Source of the DNA: a virus
Reading direction: 5' to 3' (one strand)
IMG/VR virus record: IMGVR_UViG_3300005825_000078
Location: 1 to 46,273 of that record
Length of the DNA stretch: 46,273 nucleotides
Position 1 is the stretch's first letter, and each line of letters begins with the position of its first letter. The notes below the pieces were generated by a model that did no database searches, was not told the DNA's origin, and saw nothing but the letters and a program-made list of their open reading frames with translations. Positions 31,372 through 40,941 of this stretch are shown here, piece after piece. A program made the translations under genes and the position numbers.

Positions 31372-34300
31372 TGGCTGATGAAGATCTGTTGTTCGATCAG
31401 GCTGTGGGCTCGGAAGAAGCGTATGACGTTACGCAGGCGGTGCACTTTCCAACGCCGTCGATGGGAGAGGTTGTAAAGAGCGTTCCGGGGGTGGCACAAG
31501 GGATTGGACAAGAGTCTCTCGGCGGGGGCATTCGAGCGGTTGGGGATGTTATTGGCTCTGAAACCGTTGCCGATATAGGCGCTGGCATAGCGGAGTCGGG
31601 AGTTCGTAACGTCGAAGCTGAAACGCTTCCTGGCATGTCGCTTGGGCAGCAGTTTGTGCAGAGTGGGGGCGCGAACGTACTCGTTGCAGCTCCGGCAATT
31701 GCGTTAGGCGCGACGTTCGGCGTACCCGCTGCGCTAACGGGTATTGGTGCTACGACTTTTGGCTCTACGTATAACCAATCCCGAGAAGCGCAGCTGGGCG
31801 TCGGACGGTCGTTGTTCCACGGCGCAGTGGACGCCGCGATTGAAGCGGGAACGGAGTACTTTGCCGCGAAGTATCTCTTCGGTTCTGCGGGCGGACCCAC
31901 GTTGCGAGATATAGGTAAAGCGTTGGTTGCGGACTACGGAGGTGAAATTGCGGCGACTCTTCTGCAGGATTTAAACGCAAAGGCGAGCTATCGTCCCGAT
32001 TTAACCCTTCGAGATGTTGTAGACGACACGATTCTTACGGCAGGCTCCATGTTGGTGGCGGGGCCGTTGACGGCTGGGTTGGGCGCAGGCTTAACGCACA
32101 CCGTTCGCGGACTTCGTAAGCTACAGGCCAAGGGCGACACTCTTCCTTCCTCCTCCGGTGTCGCTACCCCACCGCCTGTAGTGCCGACGTTGGAGCCTGC
32201 CCTAAGCACCGGGATTCAGGAGCAGAATCCAGCGGTCGTTTCAGCTCTTCCCGTCGAAGCTCTCGCAGAACAGGATTTGCAGAAGTCGCAGTGGGTACAA
32301 ACGCACGCAGAGAAGAGAGGTTATCGTGAAACGGGTGTTGCTATCATGGAACAGGATCCAGCAACGAAACCTATACCACTGGCAACGCGGCCAGAGCTCG
32401 TGGGCAAACAACTCGGCGCTGTTGAAGACCTTAAAGGAGGAGACGTTGTCGTCGCCGGTGAGCTTTGGGAAGGGCATCCGCAGGAGTATATGCAAGTTGT
32501 AATGGAGGAAATACAACATGCTGTTCAGAACATACTGGGCAACAAGGTTGCGGTTGTACTTGCAACAGGACTTATGCGGAACAAGGCAGGGGTCGCAGCG
32601 ACGGCTTTCGCGACTGACGGAACTCCTATTGCGTTCGTCAATCCGCGGCACGTTTACGAAACGATGCTTAGCCGAAAAGCCGAGGGTAAGACGTCGCTAC
32701 ATGCGGAGAGTGAAGCGCAGTACTCGCTATACCATGAAATCGGTCATGTGATCGAACATTTCCTTGTGCAGAATGCAACGCCTGCGCAGAGGCAAGCACT
32801 TGCGGATGAGTTTAGAGTTGCCGCAGAAGGCGTTGCGAACGGCACAATGCCGGCAGTAGAGTTCGTGCAGAAGTACATGTCCCCTTGGAAAATTGCTAAG
32901 GGGTTTGCAATGGACGACTACGGAGGTAAAAAAGGTGAGTGGAGTCCTCTCAGTGCTCAAAGATTTGTGCAGTATGTTGTTTCGCGGCCTGGTACGACTT
33001 ATCCTCCGGTTAAGGACGTTAGTGGCGTCACTGCTAAAACGTTCCTAAGCCTGCTCGCGAAGAAAGGGGGCATGCGGGCGTGGACGGATGTGTTCAATTT
33101 CCAGGAATTCGTCGCGGAGCAACACGCGCGATGGATGCGTAATCCGAAGCGACAGTTGACCTCCCCAATCGGGCAGTTTTTTGGTGAGATGAATACTGTG
33201 ATGAGTCAGTATTTCAACTGGCTCGTACGGAGTAAGAAGATCACGCGGAAGGAACTGAACGCGACTGAGGCGTATAGTAAGTTCATCCGAACGGTGATTT
33301 CGAAGAATAAGAAGGTTACCGAGCCGGTGATGTTGACGAAGGAGGAGTTGAAGAAGTCGAAGAACGCGGCGGTGCGGAAGGGGAAGATTTACTACGACTT
33401 AAACGAAGACGGAAGCGAAGGGCACAATGCGATGTACGCAGGTGTGCCGGAACATCTGTTGACGAATCCAACGGTCGTAAAGCTCGCAGCGAGGTGGCAA
33501 ACGGCGTATGGACACGTCACGAAGTCGCCGTTCTTTCACGCGTGGGGCGGGAACTGGGAGTTGGAACACGCCGTGAGTCTCATGCACACTGACACGAGCG
33601 ACGCAGCCCTTGGCCGGGCGCGAAATGAAGTGCGAAAGCAGGAGTTGAAACTCGTCAACGCACGGAATGAGGCGGTACGCGAAGGTGCGCCGAAGGAAAT
33701 TATCGAGATGCTGGACAAGCTTCGGTCCGACATTCCGCGCGCGCTGAGAGGGGAGTATCCGGAGGTGTGGATCATCCGCGATCCGACAACGCATGAGCCG
33801 AAACAGCTGTATCATGGCGTCTGGGATGAGTTTGAGGGTGAAGAGTTTCTTGAGCGGAAACGCGGAACGGGTGTAGGTGGAGCCGATACGGAGTATGGCT
33901 GGTTCGTAACGGATAATCCAAACGTATCGGCAACGTATGTAAACTGGGCAATGCCTGGGGGCGATCCGTACGAGGATCCCCAGTCCGGTTTTATCATGCC
34001 GATTTATTTGCGGATGTACAAGCCTGTAAACGTTGGGCATCCCGATTCGGGCGTCGTGCGTTCGTACGATTCTTATTCGTACACAAACGCCATGCAAATT
34101 GCCCACGAGCAGAATCGAGGTGGTGCGATTATCCATGACGTCGTCGATGGTGGTATGGGGCCGTATGCGGACTACTCCGACATTCGTTCTTCGAACGTCT
34201 ATATCTTCCGTCGCTCAAGTGACGCAAAGAGCGCATGGCGGAATATGGGTACGTTCAGTGCAAAGTCGAACAATATTCACTGGGACACTGGCAGCGTCGT

Positions 34301-37115
34301 TGCGCAGGGGGATGAAGGACCGTTGCGTAAGGCGCAGAGTGCAGGGCTGGACATTCCGATCGCAGACTTGAAAGAGGCCGGGCAACGGATTCGGCATAAG
34401 CTGTGGATCGTCGAACAACTCCGCGCCTTTGGGCTTGACCTCGGCACGTGGGAGGTCAATCTTCTTCAATGGCAACATATTGCAAAGCGGCTTGGCGGGC
34501 TGCCGTTCGTACAGCGCTTCGTCGACCTCTCTCGAGCGTATACGGAGAATAAACACTCGCTTGTGAAGTATCCGAGCGAATCGGCTGTGAATGCATACAA
34601 GCAGCTCGGCAAGACGCAGATCGATCAGCTGCGCAGGATCATGGAGTTTGAAACAGATGAGGGTGTGCATTTAACGGAGGTGATGGATGGGTACCTTCCT
34701 GACGGCCGTCCGGCTAAGATTCGAAGCATTGCGGACATGGATTCGTTTCGCCGGCATATCGAGTCTGAACTCGGGTTTGTACCCGATGAACTCACCCTCG
34801 ACTACTATCAGCGCTTCCGTACGTCAATGCATAATCAACTTCTGGAACTGCAAAACGCAGCGATGGAGAAAGCGCAGGCCGGAGCAGAGTTGAGTCTTGA
34901 AATGCTAGGCGAGTTTGGTGACCTGTTCTCCGATGCGAAGATGGAGGACATACAGCAATTGCAGGACCTTCTCGACAAGCCGCAGTATCCGTGGAGCCGC
35001 TTTGGACGGTATGCGCTTATCGTCAAGCAGGAAGTAGTGGACGAGAAAGGTAAGAAAACGCAGAAGCCTGTGCATTATCGACACTTCGAAAACGTTCTAG
35101 ATCGAAATAAGGCGTATGACCAGATGACGTTACAAAAGGGCGAGTCGAAAGAGACGTTTGATTATCACAATGACTACACGGGCTTTAGCGTGATTCCGCA
35201 GAGTTTCGTGGAAGTGGTGATACAGCGTGCAGGTTTCGACACGAATAGCGCTGACGCTGATAAGCTCCGTCAGCTCGCCGCCGTGCAGAGGAATACGAAT
35301 CTCTTCAAACGCTTCGAGGAGGACTTCAAACTTACGGACCGAACGGAGCACGATATCGTTAAGGACTTCGCAGACTTCAGTGGGCACTTGGCGGCGTTGA
35401 CGGCGAAGGTGCGGTATCGAAGACAGTTGAGTTTGACCCTGGCCGACGCGCAGAAGGCGATTAATAGGCTTAACGCTGAGGGGATTAACAGCGAGGATTT
35501 GCAAACGCTTAGACACTACATGAAGCAGCAGTTGGACTACGGCATGACGCCGCAGGATGAACTACAAAGCTTTAGGAATATCGTTATGAAGTCAATGCTG
35601 TTCGGTAATGTACGTGCGGCGTCGATGAATTTAACAGCGATTCTGAACACTGCATCGTACGTCGATGCTTTGATTTCGAAGTACAACGTGCTCAGTTGGC
35701 CCTCGATGGTGAAAGTGTTTACAACGGTGATAAAAGACGTTGCAAGTCTGTCGAAGACCTACGACGCGTTGACGCCAGATGAGCGTACGTTTCTGCAGGA
35801 CCTTGAAGGACGGGGGGTGACGGATCAATCGTACGCCTACCACCTGGCGGCTGCGGCGGATAGTGGTGCTTACTATCGTCTCACGCATAGTAAGAGTAAA
35901 TGGGGTACGAAGATCGTCGAAACTGGTATGCTGCCCTTTAGGTTTACCGAACGCTACGGGCGGCGAACTGGAGCGTTGGTGGCCTATCGTATGGCCAAGA
36001 CGCATCCGGAGATTCTCAACGGGAAAACGCCCGCGGAGTTTGCGCAAGATGCGATGGAGTTGACGCAGGGCGATTACACTGCAATGAACCGACCCCGGAG
36101 CCAACAGGGGTTGAAATCGGCGGCGTTGATCTTCTTCACATATACGCAGACGATGGCAACGATCTTTGGCGGTACGCTAGGAGGCGCAACGTCGGCGAGG
36201 TTGTTCTTAGTGTATACCATGCTTGGTGGTTTAATGGGCTTGCCGTTCGCGGAGGATTTAATCAACCTTTCGAACTGGGTATGGAGGCGACTATTTAAGG
36301 GTGAGGAAGATCTGCGAGTCGTCGCGCATCAAGTCGCTGCAGAGATTCCGTACATCGGCCCACATCTTCTTCGCGGGGTGATGCACAATATCGGCGGGTT
36401 CGACCTGAGTCAAAGTATCTCCCTCGGGCGTATTGTACCCGGCATGGACGCGTTTGCGAAGAGCAACTACACGCCGGTAGACGAAGCGGTGGGCGCGTTT
36501 ATGTTCGACCTACTCGGACCGATGGGCGGATATGTACGAGGGTATCTACAAGCCGGTTCCGCCATGCTACAAGATCCAAGCGGTGCGTCGGCTATTCGCC
36601 TGTTGCAAGCGGCCATGCCCGCGCAGAGGCACGCTTTCGACCTCATGCTTTACCAACTGGAGAGTGGAGATCCTAGTACCGTGCGGGGCTACGCAGGGCA
36701 GGTAATTACGAAAGAGGCGGACGGTACGGTACGACCGTTGACGACGAAGGAGATGTTCGGCAAGGCGTTAGGGTTCAACCCCGGTATTATCTCCGTGAAC
36801 CGGGAAACGGACTTTTTGCAGCGAGAAGTTGCGACGTACTGGACGCAGCGTCGGAAACGGTATATGGATGAGTACTGGCAAGCGCACTTGCTCCGCGATG
36901 TGGAAATGAAAGCGGACGTGCGGAATGAGATACGCAACTACAACAATAGCGTACCCGATCGGGCGCTGAAGATCACGTCGAAAGACATTGCGCGATCGAG
37001 GAAACAGCGGGAGCGGATACGTAAGCTGGAGGAGCGTGGCAGCTCGCCAGTTAAGCGGTATCGGACGCTTTATCGTCGAGTTGAGGAAGTGGCTGGGCCT
37101 CAGGCGTATGAGTAA
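31371..37115 (+). CDS. Giant virion (ejection/polyvalent-type) protein with HExxH zincin motif (1914 aa)
   Basis: TAATG coupling with the upstream gene. It has YSLYHEIGHVIEH at aa ~475 and an LYHGVWDEF...GWFVTDNP...IMPIYLRMY region at aa ~830-900. There are hydrophobic segments near aa ~1590-1640. It is the last gene of the late arm. Confidence 0.75.
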   Translation: MADEDLLFDQAVGSEEAYDVTQAVHFPTPSMGEVVKSVPGVAQGIGQESLGGGIRAVGDVIGSETVADIGAGIAESGVRNVEAETLPGMSLGQQFVQSGGANVLVAAPAIALGATFGVPAALTGIGATTFGSTYNQSREAQLGVGRSLFHGAVDAAIEAGTEYFAAKYLFGSAGGPTLRDIGKALVADYGGEIAATLLQDLNAKASYRPDLTLRDVVDDTILTAGSMLVAGPLTAGLGAGLTHTVRGLRKLQAKGDTLPSSSGVATPPPVVPTLEPALSTGIQEQNPAVVSALPVEALAEQDLQKSQWVQTHAEKRGYRETGVAIMEQDPATKPIPLATRPELVGKQLGAVEDLKGGDVVVAGELWEGHPQEYMQVVMEEIQHAVQNILGNKVAVVLATGLMRNKAGVAATAFATDGTPIAFVNPRHVYETMLSRKAEGKTSLHAESEAQYSLYHEIGHVIEHFLVQNATPAQRQALADEFRVAAEGVANGTMPAVEFVQKYMSPWKIAKGFAMDDYGGKKGEWSPLSAQRFVQYVVSRPGTTYPPVKDVSGVTAKTFLSLLAKKGGMRAWTDVFNFQEFVAEQHARWMRNPKRQLTSPIGQFFGEMNTVMSQYFNWLVRSKKITRKELNATEAYSKFIRTVISKNKKVTEPVMLTKEELKKSKNAAVRKGKIYYDLNEDGSEGHNAMYAGVPEHLLTNPTVVKLAARWQTAYGHVTKSPFFHAWGGNWELEHAVSLMHTDTSDAALGRARNEVRKQELKLVNARNEAVREGAPKEIIEMLDKLRSDIPRALRGEYPEVWIIRDPTTHEPKQLYHGVWDEFEGEEFLERKRGTGVGGADTEYGWFVTDNPNVSATYVNWAMPGGDPYEDPQSGFIMPIYLRMYKPVNVGHPDSGVVRSYDSYSYTNAMQIAHEQNRGGAIIHDVVDGGMGPYADYSDIRSSNVYIFRRSSDAKSAWRNMGTFSAKSNNIHWDTGSVVAQGDEGPLRKAQSAGLDIPIADLKEAGQRIRHKLWIVEQLRAFGLDLGTWEVNLLQWQHIAKRLGGLPFVQRFVDLSRAYTENKHSLVKYPSESAVNAYKQLGKTQIDQLRRIMEFETDEGVHLTEVMDGYLPDGRPAKIRSIADMDSFRRHIESELGFVPDELTLDYYQRFRTSMHNQLLELQNAAMEKAQAGAELSLEMLGEFGDLFSDAKMEDIQQLQDLLDKPQYPWSRFGRYALIVKQEVVDEKGKKTQKPVHYRHFENVLDRNKAYDQMTLQKGESKETFDYHNDYTGFSVIPQSFVEVVIQRAGFDTNSADADKLRQLAAVQRNTNLFKRFEEDFKLTDRTEHDIVKDFADFSGHLAALTAKVRYRRQLSLTLADAQKAINRLNAEGINSEDLQTLRHYMKQQLDYGMTPQDELQSFRNIVMKSMLFGNVRAASMNLTAILNTASYVDALISKYNVLSWPSMVKVFTTVIKDVASLSKTYDALTPDERTFLQDLEGRGVTDQSYAYHLAAAADSGAYYRLTHSKSKWGTKIVETGMLPFRFTERYGRRTGALVAYRMAKTHPEILNGKTPAEFAQDAMELTQGDYTAMNRPRSQQGLKSAALIFFTYTQTMATIFGGTLGGATSARLFLVYTMLGGLMGLPFAEDLINLSNWVWRRLFKGEEDLRVVAHQVAAEIPYIGPHLLRGVMHNIGGFDLSQSISLGRIVPGMDAFAKSNYTPVDEAVGAFMFDLLGPMGGYVRGYLQAGSAMLQDPSGASAIRLLQAAMPAQRHAFDLMLYQLESGDPSTVRGYAGQVITKEADGTVRPLTTKEMFGKALGFNPGIISVNRETDFLQREVATYWTQRRKRYMDEYWQAHLLRDVEMKADVRNEIRNYNNSVPDRALKITSKDIARSRKQRERIRKLEERGSSPVKRYRTLYRRVEEVAGPQAYE

Positions 37116-38355
37116 CCTCCTCTTCTGAATTATAAACGAGATAAATATGCGCACCTATTTGCTGCTCGATTATCTCGCCAGATAGTATTGCTTCCTGCAA
37201 CGCATCGTTCAACTCCTTTGGCGATAGAATGGTATGGCTGCGCATTAGTACTTGCTTCCTTACTCTTTTCAATCGGCGTATCTCCCCCACTACAGACGAG
37301 ACGGTTTTCGCGGCGAGGGTCATACCGATCTTTTCAAACACCTGTGGAATATACACTTCTGCACTACGTAGAACGGCATCGGCGCGTTGAAGAATTTCGA
37401 CGGTTATGTCCATCGCGTCTCCTTCTGCAGCCGTGAGGACCATTGCGAGTTTGTGTAATTGCGTCTGTCTACGAGAAAGAACGGCTTCGAACTTTTGACT
37501 CTGTAAATGGGGCGGAGGGTTTTTGTGCATTTCAACATACCATTCCGACCCCCATTCGTACGCGGCTTTCGTCAGTTTCATTTCGCCTAGCATGTCGCCG
37601 ATTATGTTGATATCGTTCACGAGCCGGGCGCGCAAGGCAGTTTGGTCGTGCTGCTGTGCGAGTTTCTGATACGGGACGAGCTGCTGTTTAACGTCACCGT
37701 AGATCCAAACGCAACGACTCGCGAAGCCGCCGCCAATTGTAGTTTCCGTCGTGTTGTCTTTTAGCCACGACGGCGTTGTAGCCGCAATGAGGTTTAGCCA
37801 AGGATTTAATATCACGGATGAACCGTGCATTAGCGTTAAGCGTTCCCATTGCGGATTTGTGCCGTCCCACAAATCGGTCATAACATCGACCATGTCCGCA
37901 TTTCGCAAAGACATGAAGGGCCCGAGTTCTTTCGCCACGGCGGAAATACAGGACATAGTTAACTGTTCGCCCATAAAGAGTTCGCCTTCGTCTACGCGCG
38001 CGACGTGTCCAGGTCCAACTGGTACTGTTATTGTAGCCTCTGCTAAACGCTGTAGTAAAGCCTGCCAAGAAGTGCTGTTCGGAGCGAAGCGCACCGTGGG
38101 TACTTCGCGCAGTAGTTCTTCCCCCATTTTGATAGAGGTAGACTTTCGGGCGACGCCGGGGGGTCCGACGAATACTATATAGAAGTTTGGGTAGTAATTC
38201 AACTGCCCGTCTTCTATCCATACTTTTCTCCCAAGTGCACCGGCGATAGTAAACACTCCAGTCCAGAGACGAAACTGAACTGGCGATTCTGTGTGGTCCG
38301 TATATTCTAAAAACGTACGTAACCAATCATTGCACTGCCTAGTTCCACGACTCAC
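37051..38355 (-). CDS. DUF3987-type P-loop NTPase (replicative helicase candidate), 434 aa
   Basis: Walker A VGPPGVARKST preceded by YPNFYIVF. The layout is typical of DUF3987/D5-like proteins. It lies next to the DNA polymerase. Confidence 0.65.
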   Translation of the reverse strand: MSRGTRQCNDWLRTFLEYTDHTESPVQFRLWTGVFTIAGALGRKVWIEDGQLNYYPNFYIVFVGPPGVARKSTSIKMGEELLREVPTVRFAPNSTSWQALLQRLAEATITVPVGPGHVARVDEGELFMGEQLTMSCISAVAKELGPFMSLRNADMVDVMTDLWDGTNPQWERLTLMHGSSVILNPWLNLIAATTPSWLKDNTTETTIGGGFASRCVWIYGDVKQQLVPYQKLAQQHDQTALRARLVNDINIIGDMLGEMKLTKAAYEWGSEWYVEMHKNPPPHLQSQKFEAVLSRRQTQLHKLAMVLTAAEGDAMDITVEILQRADAVLRSAEVYIPQVFEKIGMTLAAKTVSSVVGEIRRLKRVRKQVLMRSHTILSPKELNDALQEAILSGEIIEQQIGAHIYLVYNSEEEVTHTPEAQPLPQLDDKASDTA

Positions 38356-40714
38356 CCGTACAATCCCCCCAAGTTGTCATTGATGTTTTAAGATCAAACG
38401 GGATGATCAGCGGGTCATCGTATGGAACTGGAATAACCGTTATTTCTTTCACCTTCGGTTTTACGCGTTGCCATTCGGAGTCTTTTACTTGAAATACGAC
38501 ACTATCGTGAACTTGAAGGAGTACTTCTATTTCGGGGATTTGTTCGTCGATACGACACATTGCCTCGTGACAAACGATGGCAACTGTACTTTGCGGCACC
38601 CAACCGAGAGCCTCGGGAAGTACCGAATCGAGCCGATCGAAGTAGTAACGCCGAAAGCCGAATTTATTACGCACCTCGCGCTTTGTTAGAAGCTGCTCGC
38701 GTGTACGTTCATGCCAGTTGTAAATCCAAGGATGGATTTGAAACCATTTGCGAATGAACATTTCAGCTTCGTGAACGGTAATGCCGAGCGTGGCGCTCAG
38801 CTTCCGCGGTTGGCAGTAGTAGTCGACTGCGTGTACACCTTGCTTGGCGCGAGTGTAGTAGGGCTCACGCTTTCCGTCCGCCCCCGCGTTGGGGCCGAAT
38901 AGTGCTTTCGCGTTCTCGGCGTGGATCTTCACGCGATCACGGAACATCTGTTTTAAAATAGGATCGTCCGCTTCCCATGCTACAACTTGCGCATCGGCTC
39001 CAGCGAGATCGATCTCACAGATGCGATAATCTGTATCTGGAATAAAACGTCGTCGCACATTGGGCATCTCCATTGTTGTTGACCGGTTGCCCATTGGGAT
39101 GTTTTGGAGTGGTCCTCCACGATCGAAAACGTTTGAACGAGAGGATGACCGATATGTTTCTGCGCCTGTTGGGTCATATTCGCAACGCATTCTTCCGTCT
39201 GGGTCAAGCTGTGCTCGTACGAAAGTGGAAAGAAATACCTTGAGAGATCGTTCTTCAGCGATAGCGTCGCACAGGGGCATGAGGATAGGTTCTTTGTTTG
39301 CAATGTCTTCGAGGGCTTGGTCATTGAGAGTTACCTTTTTCGTCTTCGGATGGAAACGACGCTTCTGGCCGAGAGCGTCGTAGAAAAGGTTCTTCATCTG
39401 CACGGGGCTATTGACGTTTAGCTCTTTGTTTGTTAATTTCGTAATAAACGCCTGCCGCTGAACGATGGCGTCGCAGAGTTCTTTATCCATCTCACCGCGA
39501 AGCGCTTCGTTCGTCTTAATCCCCCGCAACATCATGCCGAAGTACGTGCGGTAGACCCGGTGCAGGTACATTTCGAACTGGGCGCGAAGGTTGAAGTGGC
39601 TGATCAGCTTGTCGAGCACTTCATAATCCTCGAAAGTTCGACAGGTGTCCTCGCAGTTGTACGTCCAGAGCTGCTCCTCCGGCATCAATGGGTTCCAGTG
39701 CTTTCCGTCTTCCTTCCAGAAACAGTAATGCTCGTTGTACATCGAAGAAATGTAATCGAGCCTGCGTGGGGTTCCCGGGAATACTATCGCCTGCGCGTGC
39801 ATCGTATCGAAATCCACGACATAGTCGAAGCCGTAGTAGTAGCCAATGTATTGCAAATCAAACGAATGATTCTGCCCAATGATAAAGGCGTTTTTGTGCG
39901 TGAGGACTTGGTAGAGTTTAAAGATTACCGCTTTTTCCTCTTCGATCGTCCAGTAGCCTGTTGGCCTTTCGATACACATGAGCGGGAGGCAGATGGATTC
40001 TGTTCGACTCCATGCCACCCCGATACATGCAATGTGACCCGCCCGAGTTTCGATGTCGATGGATAACGGTGTACGTCCTGCATGAAGACGTACAAGGAGT
40101 CGCTCCATTTCTTCAATAGCTCGTCCAAATGACGGGCGAATAGTAAATCGCCATGCGGGTCTTCGTACTTCGGCGTACCCGGATTCTCGGGCCGCTCGAC
40201 GGAGATCTTGAACTGTAGTTGCGCGCAAGTCCCAGTTACGGAGTATATGCGCTGGGTGATACGTCGGGATGACTTTGCCATAGGGAGACTCCAGTTCACT
40301 TCCACGCCAGTTGGTTATGCCCCATTGACCAGTGGTGGCCCAAAGGCCAATGTTGCCGAAGGCAATAGTGACGTTCGGTCTTAGCGCAGAGAGCTCACAG
40401 TCAAGACGAAACAGGTGGGATTCAAGTGCAGGGGCGATGCACTTTTTATTATGCCAATTCCAATCAAGCTCCTTCGCTTCGGTTTTCGTCGTTGCGAAGA
40501 AATAGTCCAATTCATTATCCGGCGGGCGCTCCCACAGGACGTTTGTAATGTAGCATTCCTCACGCTTAATCCCTGCTTCTGCCAGCATACGCGTGAGTTC
40601 CTGCCCACTTCCGCCAACGAAGGGCTGGCCGGAGTATTCCTCCTGCTCACCAAGGGCTTCGCCAAGTATGACGATCTTAGCGTTGCGGGGACCTTCGGGA
40701 CGGAAAGGTTTCAT
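38339..40714 (-). CDS. Family A DNA polymerase fused to an N-terminal family-4-like uracil-DNA glycosylase domain (791 aa)
   Basis: UDG-like motifs are GEALGEQE, CYITNVLWERPPDN and YHPAHILR. Exo I is SIDIET. Pol motif A is EIDLAGADAQV, motif B is RAKQGVHAVDY and motif C is LQVHDS. Confidence 0.8.
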   Translation of the reverse strand: MKPFRPEGPRNAKIVILGEALGEQEEYSGQPFVGGSGQELTRMLAEAGIKREECYITNVLWERPPDNELDYFFATTKTEAKELDWNWHNKKCIAPALESHLFRLDCELSALRPNVTIAFGNIGLWATTGQWGITNWRGSELESPYGKVIPTYHPAHILRNWDLRATTVQDLRRAARESGYAEVRRPAWRFTIRPSFGRAIEEMERLLVRLHAGRTPLSIDIETRAGHIACIGVAWSRTESICLPLMCIERPTGYWTIEEEKAVIFKLYQVLTHKNAFIIGQNHSFDLQYIGYYYGFDYVVDFDTMHAQAIVFPGTPRRLDYISSMYNEHYCFWKEDGKHWNPLMPEEQLWTYNCEDTCRTFEDYEVLDKLISHFNLRAQFEMYLHRVYRTYFGMMLRGIKTNEALRGEMDKELCDAIVQRQAFITKLTNKELNVNSPVQMKNLFYDALGQKRRFHPKTKKVTLNDQALEDIANKEPILMPLCDAIAEERSLKVFLSTFVRAQLDPDGRMRCEYDPTGAETYRSSSRSNVFDRGGPLQNIPMGNRSTTMEMPNVRRRFIPDTDYRICEIDLAGADAQVVAWEADDPILKQMFRDRVKIHAENAKALFGPNAGADGKREPYYTRAKQGVHAVDYYCQPRKLSATLGITVHEAEMFIRKWFQIHPWIYNWHERTREQLLTKREVRNKFGFRRYYFDRLDSVLPEALGWVPQSTVAIVCHEAMCRIDEQIPEIEVLLQVHDSVVFQVKDSEWQRVKPKVKEITVIPVPYDDPLIIPFDLKTSMTTWGDCTGESWN

Positions 40715-40938
40715 TACGGGATTAGTACGTAGTCAATGTGAAAACCCGTCTGCTCCTCAAGAGCTTCGACGAGGTTCGACCAGTCGATCTCCTCTTCGTC
40801 GAAGTCCAGATCAATGCCAGCAGCGAGCAGCACGCGCAGTCCCACCGCCATTTCCGTATCGCCCTCTTCAAGAGTAACGTTCAGTTCCCCGTTTTCCGGG
40901 TCGTACAGTCCAACTGCGTACCTTGGCATTTTGTTCAC
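40714..40938 (-). CDS. Small, very acidic protein (74 aa; 18 Asp+Glu against 3 Lys+Arg)
   Basis: ORF track. Residues were counted by hand. It has TAATG coupling to the polymerase gene. Confidence 0.7.
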   Translation of the reverse strand: MNKMPRYAVGLYDPENGELNVTLEEGDTEMAVGLRVLLAAGIDLDFDEEEIDWSNLVEALEEQTGFHIDYVLIP

Positions 40939-40941
40939 TCC

